A DNA stretch of 64,000 nt from an uncultured Planctomycetaceae bacterium. GTDB taxonomy: Bacteria > Planctomycetota > Phycisphaerae > UBA1845 > UTPLA1. The notes under the pieces are model-generated. The model was not told where the DNA came from and searched no databases. It saw nothing but the letters and a program-made list of their open reading frames with translations. This document shows, one piece after another, positions 17,595 through 26,780 of the stretch. Each line of letters starts with the position of its first letter. Positions within the stretch are counted from its first letter, which is position 1. The position numbers were made by a program, and so were the translations under genes. The stretch covers positions 7,505-71,504 of the forward strand of contig CAYLOE010000007.1 in the NCBI GenBank assembly GCA_964385225.1. Direction: 5' to 3'.

Positions 17595-18350
17595 ATGAGC
17601 GTAGAATTCGGAGCGCACTGTGACGATTTTCATGTCGCCACGCGATTGTTTCTGAAGCTCGACCTGGGACTGGAGCGCGAGACGGTCCTTCACTTTTTTG
17701 ACAGCGTCCGCCGAGAGTTTCCGCTCCTGCGCAAGCTTCGCCGACGCGAGGATGCCTCCCTCCTGCTGGAGGAAAACGAAGACGAAGAAGGCGCCAAGCG
17801 ATGGCTTCGTCTCGATGCCTCGGCTGTTCGCCTTGGTCACTACAACCCAACCAGTCTGGAAGAAGCCCAGCGCTTTGGGCAGGTCGTTCTCAAGATGGCG
17901 CCCTATCACCTGACCCTCGGCGACCTCGATTACGATCACCTGGAAGTCGTTTTCGGCTTCGATCTGGAATACCGAGGCAACCATGACCAGCTCGTCGCCG
18001 ACACCTTCTTCGCCGATGGCCCCCTCGCCGGCCTGCTGGGCCATGAAGGCGTGCATCAGATGATCGACGCCCAGCCGTTTCTCGGCCTTGCGCTGAACGA
18101 CGCCTGCGACACCCAGGTCTATCTTGAGATCAAGAGCCGCACCTCGACCTACGAAGTCCGCACCGGCCAGTACGATCAGCAACCGCTCAGCGTTTTTCTT
18201 ACGCTTCGGCGCTACTGGGGCTTCCAGAACGGCGAGAGTCTTGTGGACGCTCATCGCGAGCTTTCCGAGAGGGCCGAAGATTGGGCCACGAACCGCGTCG
18301 TCCCCATGCTGGTCAACCCGTTGGCGCATGCCATCGCCTCCCGGCCGTAG
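17595..18350 (+). CDS. conserved hypothetical protein
   Basis: GGAGGAGCC precedes the ATG at 17595. Third codon positions are G/C-rich in this frame. The upstream part of ORF 17013..18350 overlaps ctp antisense. No motif recognised. Confidence 0.55.
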   Translation: MSVEFGAHCDDFHVATRLFLKLDLGLERETVLHFFDSVRREFPLLRKLRRREDASLLLEENEDEEGAKRWLRLDASAVRLGHYNPTSLEEAQRFGQVVLKMAPYHLTLGDLDYDHLEVVFGFDLEYRGNHDQLVADTFFADGPLAGLLGHEGVHQMIDAQPFLGLALNDACDTQVYLEIKSRTSTYEVRTGQYDQQPLSVFLTLRRYWGFQNGESLVDAHRELSERAEDWATNRVVPMLVNPLAHAIASRP

Positions 18351-18474
18351 CGTTCCCCCTTGTGGGTCGCGGCATTTAGCGAGGGTCTGATTCCGTTTTC
18401 GTGGAGACCTCCGAACCGAGTCCGATGCCACTTGCATTAGGGGCTATGCCTGCCGCTCATCCGATGAATCCTTC

Positions 18475-20214
18475 ATGACTCCCGAGTCGGCAAACAGGGC
18501 ATCGCTGATCCTCAGCGTGGTCGTCGCGATTCTATCCGTCATCATCGGGTGGAATTCCTCTCGCGAACTGGAAACCCTTTGGGACGAAGCCGTCGACCGC
18601 GACATCGCCGTCGGCCTCTCGCACCACCCCCTCACCGGCACCAAGCCGACGCTCGACGCCTCGCAGATGCGGCTGCCGATGTACGTCAACGCCGTCGTCC
18701 ATCGCCTGACCGGTCGGGACGACCTTCGCGCCTTTCGCGCTGTCAGTCTTCTTGCGGGCGCCGTCACGATCATCGCCACGGGTGCGCTGGCCCGAATGTG
18801 CTTCGGCGCCCTGGCGGCATCGCTGGCCGTCATCCTGCTCGGCTTCTCACCGTATTTCATCTCCTTCGCGCGAATCTCCATGACCGAAGGCGATATCTTT
18901 TTCGCGTGCTTCTGCACTCTGTCCCTGTGGGCCCATTTGCGCTACCTGAAACGCCCTACGCCGGAGAGCTGGGCGCTCGTCGCGATTCTGACGGCCTTCG
19001 CCGTCGGCGCGAAACTCTTCGCCGGCTTTCTCTTTCTCGTCGGGGGTGTCATGGTTATGGCATCCGGCCCGACGCGATCTTCGCAGAATGCCGGCCGCCC
19101 GGACGATGTGCGCCGCCTGCATCGCTTCCTCGCAGCGACTTTGATCGTCCTCGTCGCCACGGCCGTCGTCGCCATCTTCAGCAGAAACATCGCCATCAGC
19201 GGGTGGGCCGTCGCCGCCCTGCTCTGGGTTTTGACGCTCGTTCATGTCATCCGGCAGCGCGTCCTCGCGCCGGGGCGCGTCGCGCGTTACCTGGGACTCG
19301 TCGCGTTCTCTCTTGCTGCGTGTTGCGTGCTGATGCCGGTCCACATCACCGATCACCAGATCGCGCGGGAAATCGTTCGACGCCTCCTGCGATGGGACAA
19401 CTCGTTTCCCTTGGCGCTCTGGAGCGACCATCTTCGTCTCTACGCCGGAATCGTGCTCGTCAAGCTGACGGTGCCCTGGGGCATGCTCACCGCCGTCGCC
19501 CTGGTCTTCGCCGCCTTTCGCGAACGTGACGACGGCCGCTGGCGGGCGTGCATTCTGTCATTCGTCTTCTACGTCGCGCTGATCTGCCTGCTGCCGTTGC
19601 GGCAGAGCTTTTACTTGATCGGTGTCTATCCGGCGATGATGGTCGTCACGGCGGGCTTTGCCGTTGAAATCGGCCGCCGGCTCCGGATGATCTCGCCGAC
19701 GATCGCCAGGACCTGGACGATCCTGCTTTTGTTGATGCTGATTCACCTCGGTATCCGCATGTACCAGGCCCACCCGTATTACCATCTCTACGCCTACGAA
19801 CTGGTCGGCGACCGCTGGCTCGGCGCCGAGTCTCGCGGCTATCGCAACCTCATCCAGACGCCCAGCGACGGCGTGGAATCGCTGATTCGCTGGTGCAACA
19901 CCGACCCCCGTGTGAGGCGCGGCGACCGGGTCGTCAGCTACCTGTGGGAGCATCGGATCATTCAGGACGTGCTCCCTGCCGAGTCGCACTACGACTTTGT
20001 TCCTCGAGGTGTCACGCCGGAAAGCGACGATATCCCCCCCGGGCCTTCCATTGACGCTGCGGATTTCGTCCTTCTGCATATCAATAATTTGCTCGGATAC
20101 GGCGATTTGCCCCCCGATTGGCCGCCTGCGGACGTGCTGGGACAGCAGTTCGAGGTCATCCATACCGTTCGTCGCGGTCCTCTCGCCATCGGCTGGGTCT
20201 ATGCACGGCGCTGA
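18475..20214 (+). CDS. GT-C fold glycosyltransferase (family 39 / ArnT-PMT-like) membrane protein
   Basis: 579 aa with about 10 or more transmembrane segments, an N-terminal periplasmic loop and a C-terminal soluble domain. The overall layout resembles PMT_2/ArnT proteins. Confidence 0.6.
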   Translation: MTPESANRASLILSVVVAILSVIIGWNSSRELETLWDEAVDRDIAVGLSHHPLTGTKPTLDASQMRLPMYVNAVVHRLTGRDDLRAFRAVSLLAGAVTIIATGALARMCFGALAASLAVILLGFSPYFISFARISMTEGDIFFACFCTLSLWAHLRYLKRPTPESWALVAILTAFAVGAKLFAGFLFLVGGVMVMASGPTRSSQNAGRPDDVRRLHRFLAATLIVLVATAVVAIFSRNIAISGWAVAALLWVLTLVHVIRQRVLAPGRVARYLGLVAFSLAACCVLMPVHITDHQIAREIVRRLLRWDNSFPLALWSDHLRLYAGIVLVKLTVPWGMLTAVALVFAAFRERDDGRWRACILSFVFYVALICLLPLRQSFYLIGVYPAMMVVTAGFAVEIGRRLRMISPTIARTWTILLLLMLIHLGIRMYQAHPYYHLYAYELVGDRWLGAESRGYRNLIQTPSDGVESLIRWCNTDPRVRRGDRVVSYLWEHRIIQDVLPAESHYDFVPRGVTPESDDIPPGPSIDAADFVLLHINNLLGYGDLPPDWPPADVLGQQFEVIHTVRRGPLAIGWVYARR

Positions 20215-20355
20215 TACGAGGTGCAGTTGGCCCGCTGCCCGACCTGCCGAAAAACCCTCTGCCCATCGGCCTTTCGTGGCTGCTTGTACGGACTCCCGAG
20301 GGGGGTCGCCCTTGGGTCGACGGCAAGAAAGCCGCGGAAATAAAGGGTTTTTCGC

Positions 20356-20384
20356 TTGTCAGCAACGCCAAGCGGATGTAGATT
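20356..20384 (+). promoter_or_regulatory. candidate sigma70-type promoter of hup (TTGTCA-17-TAGATT)
   Basis: -35 at 20356-20361 and -10 at 20379-20384, about 65 nt upstream of the ATG. Same geometry as the candidate promoter upstream of the second hup paralog. Confidence 0.3.
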
Positions 20385-20450
20385 CTCGCGGCGGAAGGGT
20401 CGTGGAGTTGCGACCCGGAAGCAAGAGGTTTCAATTGCAAAGGAGTCAAT

Positions 20451-20741
20451 ATGGCCAAAGCAATGAGTAAGTCGGCCCTGATTAGTCATTTGGCCGAGCA
20501 GAACGAGATGACCCGCAAGCAGGTCATCGCCTTCATGGACACCCTCATCGAGACTGCCTACAAGCAGGCGAAGAACGGCTTCACTTTGCCGGGCGTCGGC
20601 AAGCTGGTGTTGGTCAATCGCAAGGCGCGCATGGGACGAAACCCGGCGACCGGCGAGACGATCAAGATTCCGGCGAAGAAGGTGGTGAAGTTCCGAGTGG
20701 CCAAGGCCTGCAAGGACGCGGTCCTGACCGGCAAGCGATAA
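20451..20741 (+). CDS. hup: HU family DNA-binding protein
   Basis: MSKSALISHLAE...GFTLPGVGKLVLVNRKARMGRNPATGETIKIPAKKVVKFRVAK. AAGGAG Shine-Dalgarno sequence. Confidence 0.9.
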   Translation: MAKAMSKSALISHLAEQNEMTRKQVIAFMDTLIETAYKQAKNGFTLPGVGKLVLVNRKARMGRNPATGETIKIPAKKVVKFRVAKACKDAVLTGKR

Positions 20742-20806
20742 ATCGCCGACCGGTTCCATTCGGACAGCAAAGCGCCCACGGTTAACTCAGATTGCTTGCA
20801 GTCTGG

Positions 20807-20851
20807 AAACGCCCCGGTCGATGCGACGCATCGCTGGGGCGTTTTTCTTTT
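20807..20851 (+). terminator. intrinsic terminator after hup
   Basis: aaacgcccc-ggt-cgatgcg-a-cgcatcg-ct-ggggcgttt followed by ttcttttcc. Lies between convergent hup and aat. Confidence 0.6.
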
Positions 20852-20863
20852 CCTCACCGGCCT

Positions 20864-21439
20864 TCAGACGAACGCGCACGGCCGCGATACGGCGTCGGCC
20901 AGGCGTTCGAGATATTCCGCTCGCGAAATCTCCACCGCGCCGAAGCGCTGGAGGTGCGCCGTGGTGAACTGCACGTCGAGCAGTGAGTAGCCCCGCTGAT
21001 TCATCCGCTCCACGAGGGCGACAAGTGCCACTTTGCTGGCATCTCGCACACGATGGAACATGCTCTCGCCAAAGAAGGCCCCGCCGATGCAGACGCCATA
21101 GAGCCCGCCGGCCAGCGTGTCGTCCTTCCATGCTTCGACGCTGTGGGCCAGTCCCAGCCGATGCAGTTCGCAGTAGGCGCGAACGATTTGCGGCGTGATC
21201 CACGTGCCTTCGGGCCGTTCGGCGCAGGCCTGCATGACCTGTCTGAATGCGGCGTCGATGCGAATCTCGAAGCGGTCCTGTCGCACAAGCTGCCGCAGCG
21301 TACGCGGCACGCGGAATCCGTCGAGCGGCAGAATCGTACGCGGGTCGGGCGAGAACCACTCAATTCGCCCGTCGACACCCATGGGGAACACGCCCTGCAG
21401 GTAGGCGGCGATTAAGAGCTGCGGCGGTAACCGGGTCAT
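20864..21439 (-). CDS. aat: leucyl/phenylalanyl-tRNA--protein transferase
   Basis: LLIAAYLQGVFPM, W.SPDPR and GESMFH motifs; 191 aa. Confidence 0.85.
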   Translation of the reverse strand: MTRLPPQLLIAAYLQGVFPMGVDGRIEWFSPDPRTILPLDGFRVPRTLRQLVRQDRFEIRIDAAFRQVMQACAERPEGTWITPQIVRAYCELHRLGLAHSVEAWKDDTLAGGLYGVCIGGAFFGESMFHRVRDASKVALVALVERMNQRGYSLLDVQFTTAHLQRFGAVEISRAEYLERLADAVSRPCAFV

Positions 21440-21707
21440 GGCAGTACCCGTGGAAAGAACGAAGAGACGGACGGCTACACAGATTGCCTATTCTATGCGA
21501 TCACGCCACGGGTTCCGAGCCCTGAGCGCGAGCGATGATTTTATTGCAGTTCCTGGCGTTATTTTGCGATTCGATGATGAACCGGATGATCGCGATTCCG
21601 ATTTGATAGTTGAAGCAGGACGATCAAGGCCCGCACCTACCTTGCAGGCGCCCGCTCCTCGATTCCCCCGAACGTCGAGGGAATCAGAAGAGGGGCGCAC
21701 TGGGAAT

Positions 21708-21899
21708 TCAGTGGATGTATGGCCCCCAGGCCAGGGCGCTGACCACGATGACCTGACTGATGGCATCGCCTGTCGCGTAGATCGCGTTGGTGAATTCGCC
21801 GTCCTCAAAGAAGTCGGTGTCGGTGTCGCAGCCGACGGAAAGAATCGGCAGGATCAAGAACATGGCGGACAGCATCATTCTCATCAGTGTGCTTTTCAT
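21708..21899 (-). CDS. small hypothetical lipoprotein (63 aa)
   Basis: CAGGAGGAATTGCC precedes the ATG at 21899. MKSTLMRMMLSAMFLILPILSVGC is a signal plus lipobox. Confidence 0.45.
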   Translation of the reverse strand: MKSTLMRMMLSAMFLILPILSVGCDTDTDFFEDGEFTNAIYATGDAISQVIVVSALAWGPYIH

Positions 21900-22450
21900 G
21901 GCAATTCCTCCTGAAAAAACGTCGGTTGTTTCTGACACGTTGAGCCGCGTTTATCGAACAGCTAGACACGCGGCAGCCGCCGGGGTTAGTGGACGGTTAT
22001 TCAACCCTGTTTTCGGTCTCCTGCCAGGTCCTGAAGGTCGCCATCGCGTAAACATGGCGGCGAGCAGGGTGGCTCCGGGCGGCTTCGTCCGACAAGACTG
22101 CCCCGGACGCACGTTAAGAGGGGAATTCCGTCGCGGATTGACTCGCGCCAGCGGCGCGGCGTAAGGTTAGATGACGCATGGGGGGATTCGTCGGCGGCGC
22201 AGGGCATCAACTCGCTGCCGACCAAGGGAAATCACACGATTCACGATATGACCCCCCCGCAAGGTCGGGCTTCTTTGCCCGGCCTTCAATGCCCCGCCGC
22301 GGTCGAGCGCCCAATCGATCGCGGCCCGATCGCGCTGCGCCATCGACGTATCGTCGGGCGCAGCGCGTTTCTTTTGCGCGACAGGAGCGGGAAGGATCGC
22401 TTACGGCGACCCCGATTCGCAGCCGCAGCCGGTCAATCAAAGGTGGGAAA

Positions 22451-22523
22451 CACCCCCAAGGGGATTCGAACCCCTGTCGCCGGCATGAAAAGCCGGTGTC
22501 CTAGTCCACTAGACGATGGGGGC
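22451..22523 (-). tRNA. tRNA-Glu (anticodon UUC)
   Basis: Minus strand reads GCCCCCATCGTCTAGTGGACTAGGACACCGGCTTTTCATGCCGGCGACAGGGGTTCGAATCCCCTTGGGGGTG. It folds by hand into a 73-nt cloverleaf with 7/4/5/5-bp stems, a GTTCGAAT T-loop and the anticodon loop TT-TTC-AT. Confidence 0.9.
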
Positions 22524-22620
22524 AGCGATCAGCGACGGAGACTTTTAGGGCAAGCCGCGACGAATGTCAACTCGCAGCGGCCCGCGGTGTGTTCTCAGAA
22601 CGTCAATTCCGTGAGGACGG

Positions 22621-23700
22621 TCACAGGATGCCAAGCGTGCGAAGATAGTCCTGGGCCGCGCCGACGACCTCGGAGATGACCGTTTCCATCGGCTTGTTCT
22701 TCATCTTCACGCCGGCGGATTGGGCATGTCCGCCGCCGCCGAATTTCTGGGCGAGTTCGACAACCGTCACCTTGCCTTCGCCACGAAGGTTGATGCGAAT
22801 GACGCCCGGCTCGCCTTCCGTAAAGAGCATCGCCAGGCACACGCCCTTGAGCGCCCGGGGGATGGATACCTGATCGTCGATGTCGTCTGCCTTGCAACCG
22901 GCATCGGTGATGTCTTTGTACGAGAGATGGCTGTAGGCAATCCGGCCGTCGGCTACGACCGTTGTGTGGTCATAGACGCGTCGGAGCAGTTCGAAATCGC
23001 TGCGATTCTGCGAGCGGCATAGTTGCTCACCGATGTGCGCCACATCGGCGCCGGCGGTCACCAGCTCGGCCCCGATCTTGAGCGACTCGGCGCTCGTGCT
23101 GGGCAGCGAGAAACCGCCCGTGTCGCCATAGAGGCCTGCGTAGAGCAGCGAAGCCACACGCGGAGAGATTTTCCAACCGAGACAACCAAGCAGGACGGCC
23201 ACCATCTCGCACGCGCTCGATGCGTGTGGATCGACCCAGTTATGCCGGGCAAAGTCGTCGTTGGTGATGTGGTGGTCGATGTTGAAGGTGGTTTCGAACG
23301 CGGCCAGATCAAGCGGCGGTTGGATATTGATTCGCTTGGCGGCGGCGGTGTCCACAATAATGATCGAGCCGTAGGCCGCGCCTGCGCTCAAGGAGTCCAC
23401 CGTGGGCACGTCCTCGGCTAACTCCAGCATGAAGGCAATCTTGTTGGCCACGCAGCCGGTAGGCAACGCCACGGTCGCGTCGATGCCCTGCTCACGCATG
23501 GCCAGGGCAAGCCCGTAAGCCGAACCGATGCAGTCGGCGTCCGGGGTGACGTGGCCCAGGATCAGCGGTACGTTAGCAGCCCGAAGGTGCTCGACGAATT
23601 CGCCGGATGGGCGGCGATTGGCTCGATTGTCTGAGGGCTTAACCTGCGCGACGGCGTTTGTCATCGAATTCATACTCCTGATTCTCGAACCCGCTAGCAT
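22621..23700 (-). CDS. nrnA: DHH/DHHA1 phosphoesterase, NrnA-like oligoribonuclease/pAp phosphatase
   Basis: GHVTPDADCIGS, NIDHHITND and GGGHAQSAG motifs. Confidence 0.8.
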   Translation of the reverse strand: MLAGSRIRSMNSMTNAVAQVKPSDNRANRRPSGEFVEHLRAANVPLILGHVTPDADCIGSAYGLALAMREQGIDATVALPTGCVANKIAFMLELAEDVPTVDSLSAGAAYGSIIIVDTAAAKRINIQPPLDLAAFETTFNIDHHITNDDFARHNWVDPHASSACEMVAVLLGCLGWKISPRVASLLYAGLYGDTGGFSLPSTSAESLKIGAELVTAGADVAHIGEQLCRSQNRSDFELLRRVYDHTTVVADGRIAYSHLSYKDITDAGCKADDIDDQVSIPRALKGVCLAMLFTEGEPGVIRINLRGEGKVTVVELAQKFGGGGHAQSAGVKMKNKPMETVISEVVGAAQDYLRTLGIL

Positions 23701-23855
23701 AGGTTCGGAGGAGTTCGCCTGCCAGTTCGGCGGGTCCGGCCGAAGCTTCGACGATGCGAATCGACTGCGAGATTATGCGGAATTTGCGGGTTTTGCGGGC
23801 AGTAACGAAGGAAATCTCAACAGTAGAATCGTTCAGCGGGCACGCAAACGGAGGT

Positions 23856-23920
23856 AAAAAAAAGGGCCAGGGTCCGGGTGCGTGCTGGGGGGAAACACGC
23901 GGGGCGCCGGAGCCCTGGCC
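23856..23920 (-). terminator. strong intrinsic terminator (long GC hairpin plus T8 on the minus strand)
   Basis: ggccaggg tccgg ... ccgga(g) ccctggcc with an inner gcgtg/cacgc stem. On the minus strand it is followed by TTTTTTTT (23863-23856). Lies 172 nt downstream of the GT2 stop. Confidence 0.65.
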
Positions 23921-24092
23921 GGTCAGTTAGGATATCGGGCGAAAGTAGCGATTCAAGTTAAAAAAGACTTGGCGTTTCGCAGGTTATAGGAACATGTTGC
24001 GTTGCCACAACCCTTATCCCTGCCTGTCCTTAGCTGATGGCAGGTTGTGCGATGCCTCGAATAATGTCGTGTTCGGCCCGGCATGACGATTC

Positions 24093-24878
24093 CTACCCGA
24101 TTCGACTGAGCCAGAACAGGGTAGCCACGAGCACGACAAGCGCAAGCAGGAACACGATCGGTACGCCAATCGGCCAGCGAAATCGATACAACCGCCAAAG
24201 ATGCCGCAGATATTCAAGCTGCTGCCGCAGGGTGAGCTTGCTCTTGCCGTGGAGCCGGTCGGAGAACTCGATCGGCACCTCGGTCACGCTCCGGCAGCGG
24301 GCTTTGATCATGATCTCCAGGGCGATTTTGTAGCCGATGGGGTTCAGGCCTGCGGCTTCGGCGCGTTCGAAGGTCTCGCGACGGATGCAGAAGAATCCGG
24401 CCATCGGGTCATTCGTGGACGTCAGCGGCCGGGCCAGCAGCGTCGCCACTTTGGAATTAACCCAGCGCAGGAAGCCCCAGTCCTCCTTTGTGCGGCCGCC
24501 GGCGACATAGCGCGAGCCGATGCAGAAATCGGCACGGCCATCGGCGATAGGGGCGATCACGTCAGGCACGGACTCCGGCGGGTGGGACAAATCGGCGTCC
24601 ATGCAGAGCAGGATGTCGTGTTTGGCTTCGTGAAAACCGCGGACGACGGCGGAGGACAGGCCGCGCTCATCGGTGCGAGTGATGAGCCGCACGGGCAACT
24701 CGCGGGCCAACTCAGCGACGGCGACTTCGGTGCCGTCGCGGCTGTTGTCATCCACGAAGATAAGTTCGCCGGTGAGATCGGCCTTCGCGAGGGCGTCGAA
24801 AAGCCGCCGCGCGAGGATGGGAATGTTCAGCGCTTCCTTGTAGGTCGGAACGATGATGGAAACTGGCGGCGACGGCAT
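24093..24878 (-). CDS. GT2 polyprenol-phosphate mannose/glucose synthase (Dpm1/Ppm1-like)
   Basis: VSIIVPTYKEALNI, FVDDNSRDGT and MDADLSHPP, plus a C-terminal transmembrane helix. ATG at 24878; the ORF track start at 24974 is a TTG. Confidence 0.8.
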   Translation of the reverse strand: MPSPPVSIIVPTYKEALNIPILARRLFDALAKADLTGELIFVDDNSRDGTEVAVAELARELPVRLITRTDERGLSSAVVRGFHEAKHDILLCMDADLSHPPESVPDVIAPIADGRADFCIGSRYVAGGRTKEDWGFLRWVNSKVATLLARPLTSTNDPMAGFFCIRRETFERAEAAGLNPIGYKIALEIMIKARCRSVTEVPIEFSDRLHGKSKLTLRQQLEYLRHLWRLYRFRWPIGVPIVFLLALVVLVATLFWLSRIG

Positions 24879-24989
24879 GGCGGGGATTGTAACGAGTGGT
24901 CGAGAAAACGCAGCAGCAGCATCGCTCGTGGGTGACGACGCATGGTCTCGGCTGCATGACAGAACGCGCTGCAAGAAGACGCTGTGCGG

Positions 24990-26000
24990 TCATGGAAAAT
25001 GCAGCTCGACGACGTTTTTGTCCGTCAGTACGTGCGTCGCGTGGACCTGTTGGCCGTCGTGGACGGTGCCGCCCCAGATGCGGGCTCCCTTGAGTTTTTC
25101 CGCCAGGTCGCGGTGGATGAGGTGGGCCATGTCGTGGACCGTAGCGCCGACGGGGAGGATAAAGGGCGATTCCTTGTCGGCCGGCTTGCCGGGTTTCTTG
25201 GCGAAGATGCGAATGACGTGCAGCAAATCAAAGAGCGCCGTCAACATCTCCGGCAGGCCGTCGCCGTTCTTCGATGAAATCGAGAGGATCGGCAGTTCGG
25301 GGCCGACCAGTTCTTTCAAACCTTCGAGATTGTCAGCCGCGCCGGACGTGTCGCATTTGTTGGCGACAACGAGCACGCGCTTCGGGAGTGCAGCGTCTTC
25401 GTCTTCTTCGAACTCCAGCTCGGCCTGCGAGACGGGCCGCAGGTTGTGCTCGCGAAGCCATGCGAGGGGGCGCTCGTACTGGTCGATCAGCTCGATGGCA
25501 GACAGATCGATGACCAGCAGGATGACATCGGCGGAGCGGTAAGCGGCGATCATGCCCGGTTGGGCATGACCGGCCATGAGCGGGGGCATATCGACGAGTT
25601 GAATGGGCACGTTCTCATGATGGGCCATGCCGGGCACGGCGGCGTGCGTGCTGAAGGGAAAGTCCGCAACTTCGACCTTCGCCGACGTGAGCGCGGCGAG
25701 GATGCTGCTCTTGCCGGTGTTGGCCTCGCCGAGCAGGACGATCTGCCCCGCGCCCTGTTTGGGGACCTGATACGTGTCGTGATGTCCGCCGCCGTGTTTG
25801 ACGTGCCCGCCCTTTTGCACCTCGTCGTCGCGGGCGTTCTTGAGCTTCTGCTTGAGTGCGGCCTGAAGTTTTTCGCTGGCCTTGTGCTTGGGAACGAGGC
25901 GGAGCATCTCCTCCAGCGCCGCGACCTTGTCAGCCGGCGACGACGCGGAGCGGTATCGCTCCTCGGCCTTGCGATACATGGGGGATTGATTGACGGCCAT
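24990..26000 (-). CDS. OBG/DRG-family GTPase with C-terminal TGS domain
   Basis: G1 LLGEANTGKSS, G2 FPFST, G3 DMPP, G4 NKCD. The C-terminus IFAKKPG...PVGATVHDMAHLIHRDL is TGS-like. Confidence 0.8.
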   Translation of the reverse strand: MAVNQSPMYRKAEERYRSASSPADKVAALEEMLRLVPKHKASEKLQAALKQKLKNARDDEVQKGGHVKHGGGHHDTYQVPKQGAGQIVLLGEANTGKSSILAALTSAKVEVADFPFSTHAAVPGMAHHENVPIQLVDMPPLMAGHAQPGMIAAYRSADVILLVIDLSAIELIDQYERPLAWLREHNLRPVSQAELEFEEDEDAALPKRVLVVANKCDTSGAADNLEGLKELVGPELPILSISSKNGDGLPEMLTALFDLLHVIRIFAKKPGKPADKESPFILPVGATVHDMAHLIHRDLAEKLKGARIWGGTVHDGQQVHATHVLTDKNVVELHFP

Positions 26001-26093
26001 AAATTGTGTTCCTGTTCAGCGCCTTCGTGATATGATAATACAGGCCGTCGATCAAGTGTGGCTCGTCGGCCGGGCATTTCCGGCCTTGGATGG

Positions 26094-26342
26094 ATGACAA
26101 AGATGGACTGGAAGAATTATATTTCAATCGATCCCGCAGTAATGGTCGGAAAACCGGTGATCAAAGGCACCCGCATCACCGTGGAATTGATCCTCCAGCG
26201 CCTTGGCGACGGCTGGAGCGAGTCGGAACTACTTGATTCGTATCCTCATCTAAAATCCGAGCACATTCGTGCGGCACAGTCCTATGCGGCTGAAGCGCTC
26301 GGTTCCGATGAACTGATCTTCGTCAAAGAGCAGGCAGGATGA
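26094..26342 (+). CDS. DUF433-type antitoxin-like protein
   Basis: ISIDPAVMVGKPVIKGTRITVELILQRLGDGWSESELLDSYPHL is the DUF433 signature. Its stop overlaps the next start (ATGA). Confidence 0.7.
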   Translation: MTKMDWKNYISIDPAVMVGKPVIKGTRITVELILQRLGDGWSESELLDSYPHLKSEHIRAAQSYAAEALGSDELIFVKEQAG

Positions 26343-26689
26343 AAATCCTCGCAGACGAAAGTGTGGATGGCCCTGTCGTCGTATGGCTGCGTGAGCAAGG
26401 GCAGGACGTCCGCTGGATCGCAGAACACGCACCGGGCATGAAAGACCACGATGTTGCAAATCTAGCCGTATCTGAACAAAGGATCCTGCTTACCCTTGAT
26501 CGAGGTTTCGGAGAAATGGTGTTTCGAGCCCGGTTCGCGCCGACGGGGATCATTCTCGTTCGCACACGTACTCAATCCGCGGCTTCGTTTCTAGAATACT
26601 TTCAGCGCGCCTGGTTTCAAGTCGAATCCAGAATACATGGCAAGTTCATTGTCATATCCCCGGGCAGGATAAGGATTCGCCCATTGTGA
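26339..26689 (+). CDS. DUF5615 / Mut7-C PIN-like putative toxin
   Basis: MKILADESVDGPVVVWLREQGQDVRWIAEH...DHDVANLAVSEQRILLTLDRGF is a typical DUF5615 N-terminus. It pairs with DUF433. Confidence 0.7.
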   Translation: MKILADESVDGPVVVWLREQGQDVRWIAEHAPGMKDHDVANLAVSEQRILLTLDRGFGEMVFRARFAPTGIILVRTRTQSAASFLEYFQRAWFQVESRIHGKFIVISPGRIRIRPL

Positions 26690-26780
26690 TGCAGTGCGAC
26701 TATCCTGATTGACCGGTTATCATGCCTGTTCTTGCGGGCAATCTGTCTTCGATTACGAACAAGCTCATACAGGAAATGCG

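Noticed and set aside
21440-22620. Genomic island or prophage remnant next to tRNA-Glu.
   Set aside because: No integrase, no direct repeat of the tRNA 3' end and no phage-like ORFs. Only a small lipoprotein gene and non-coding sequence are present.
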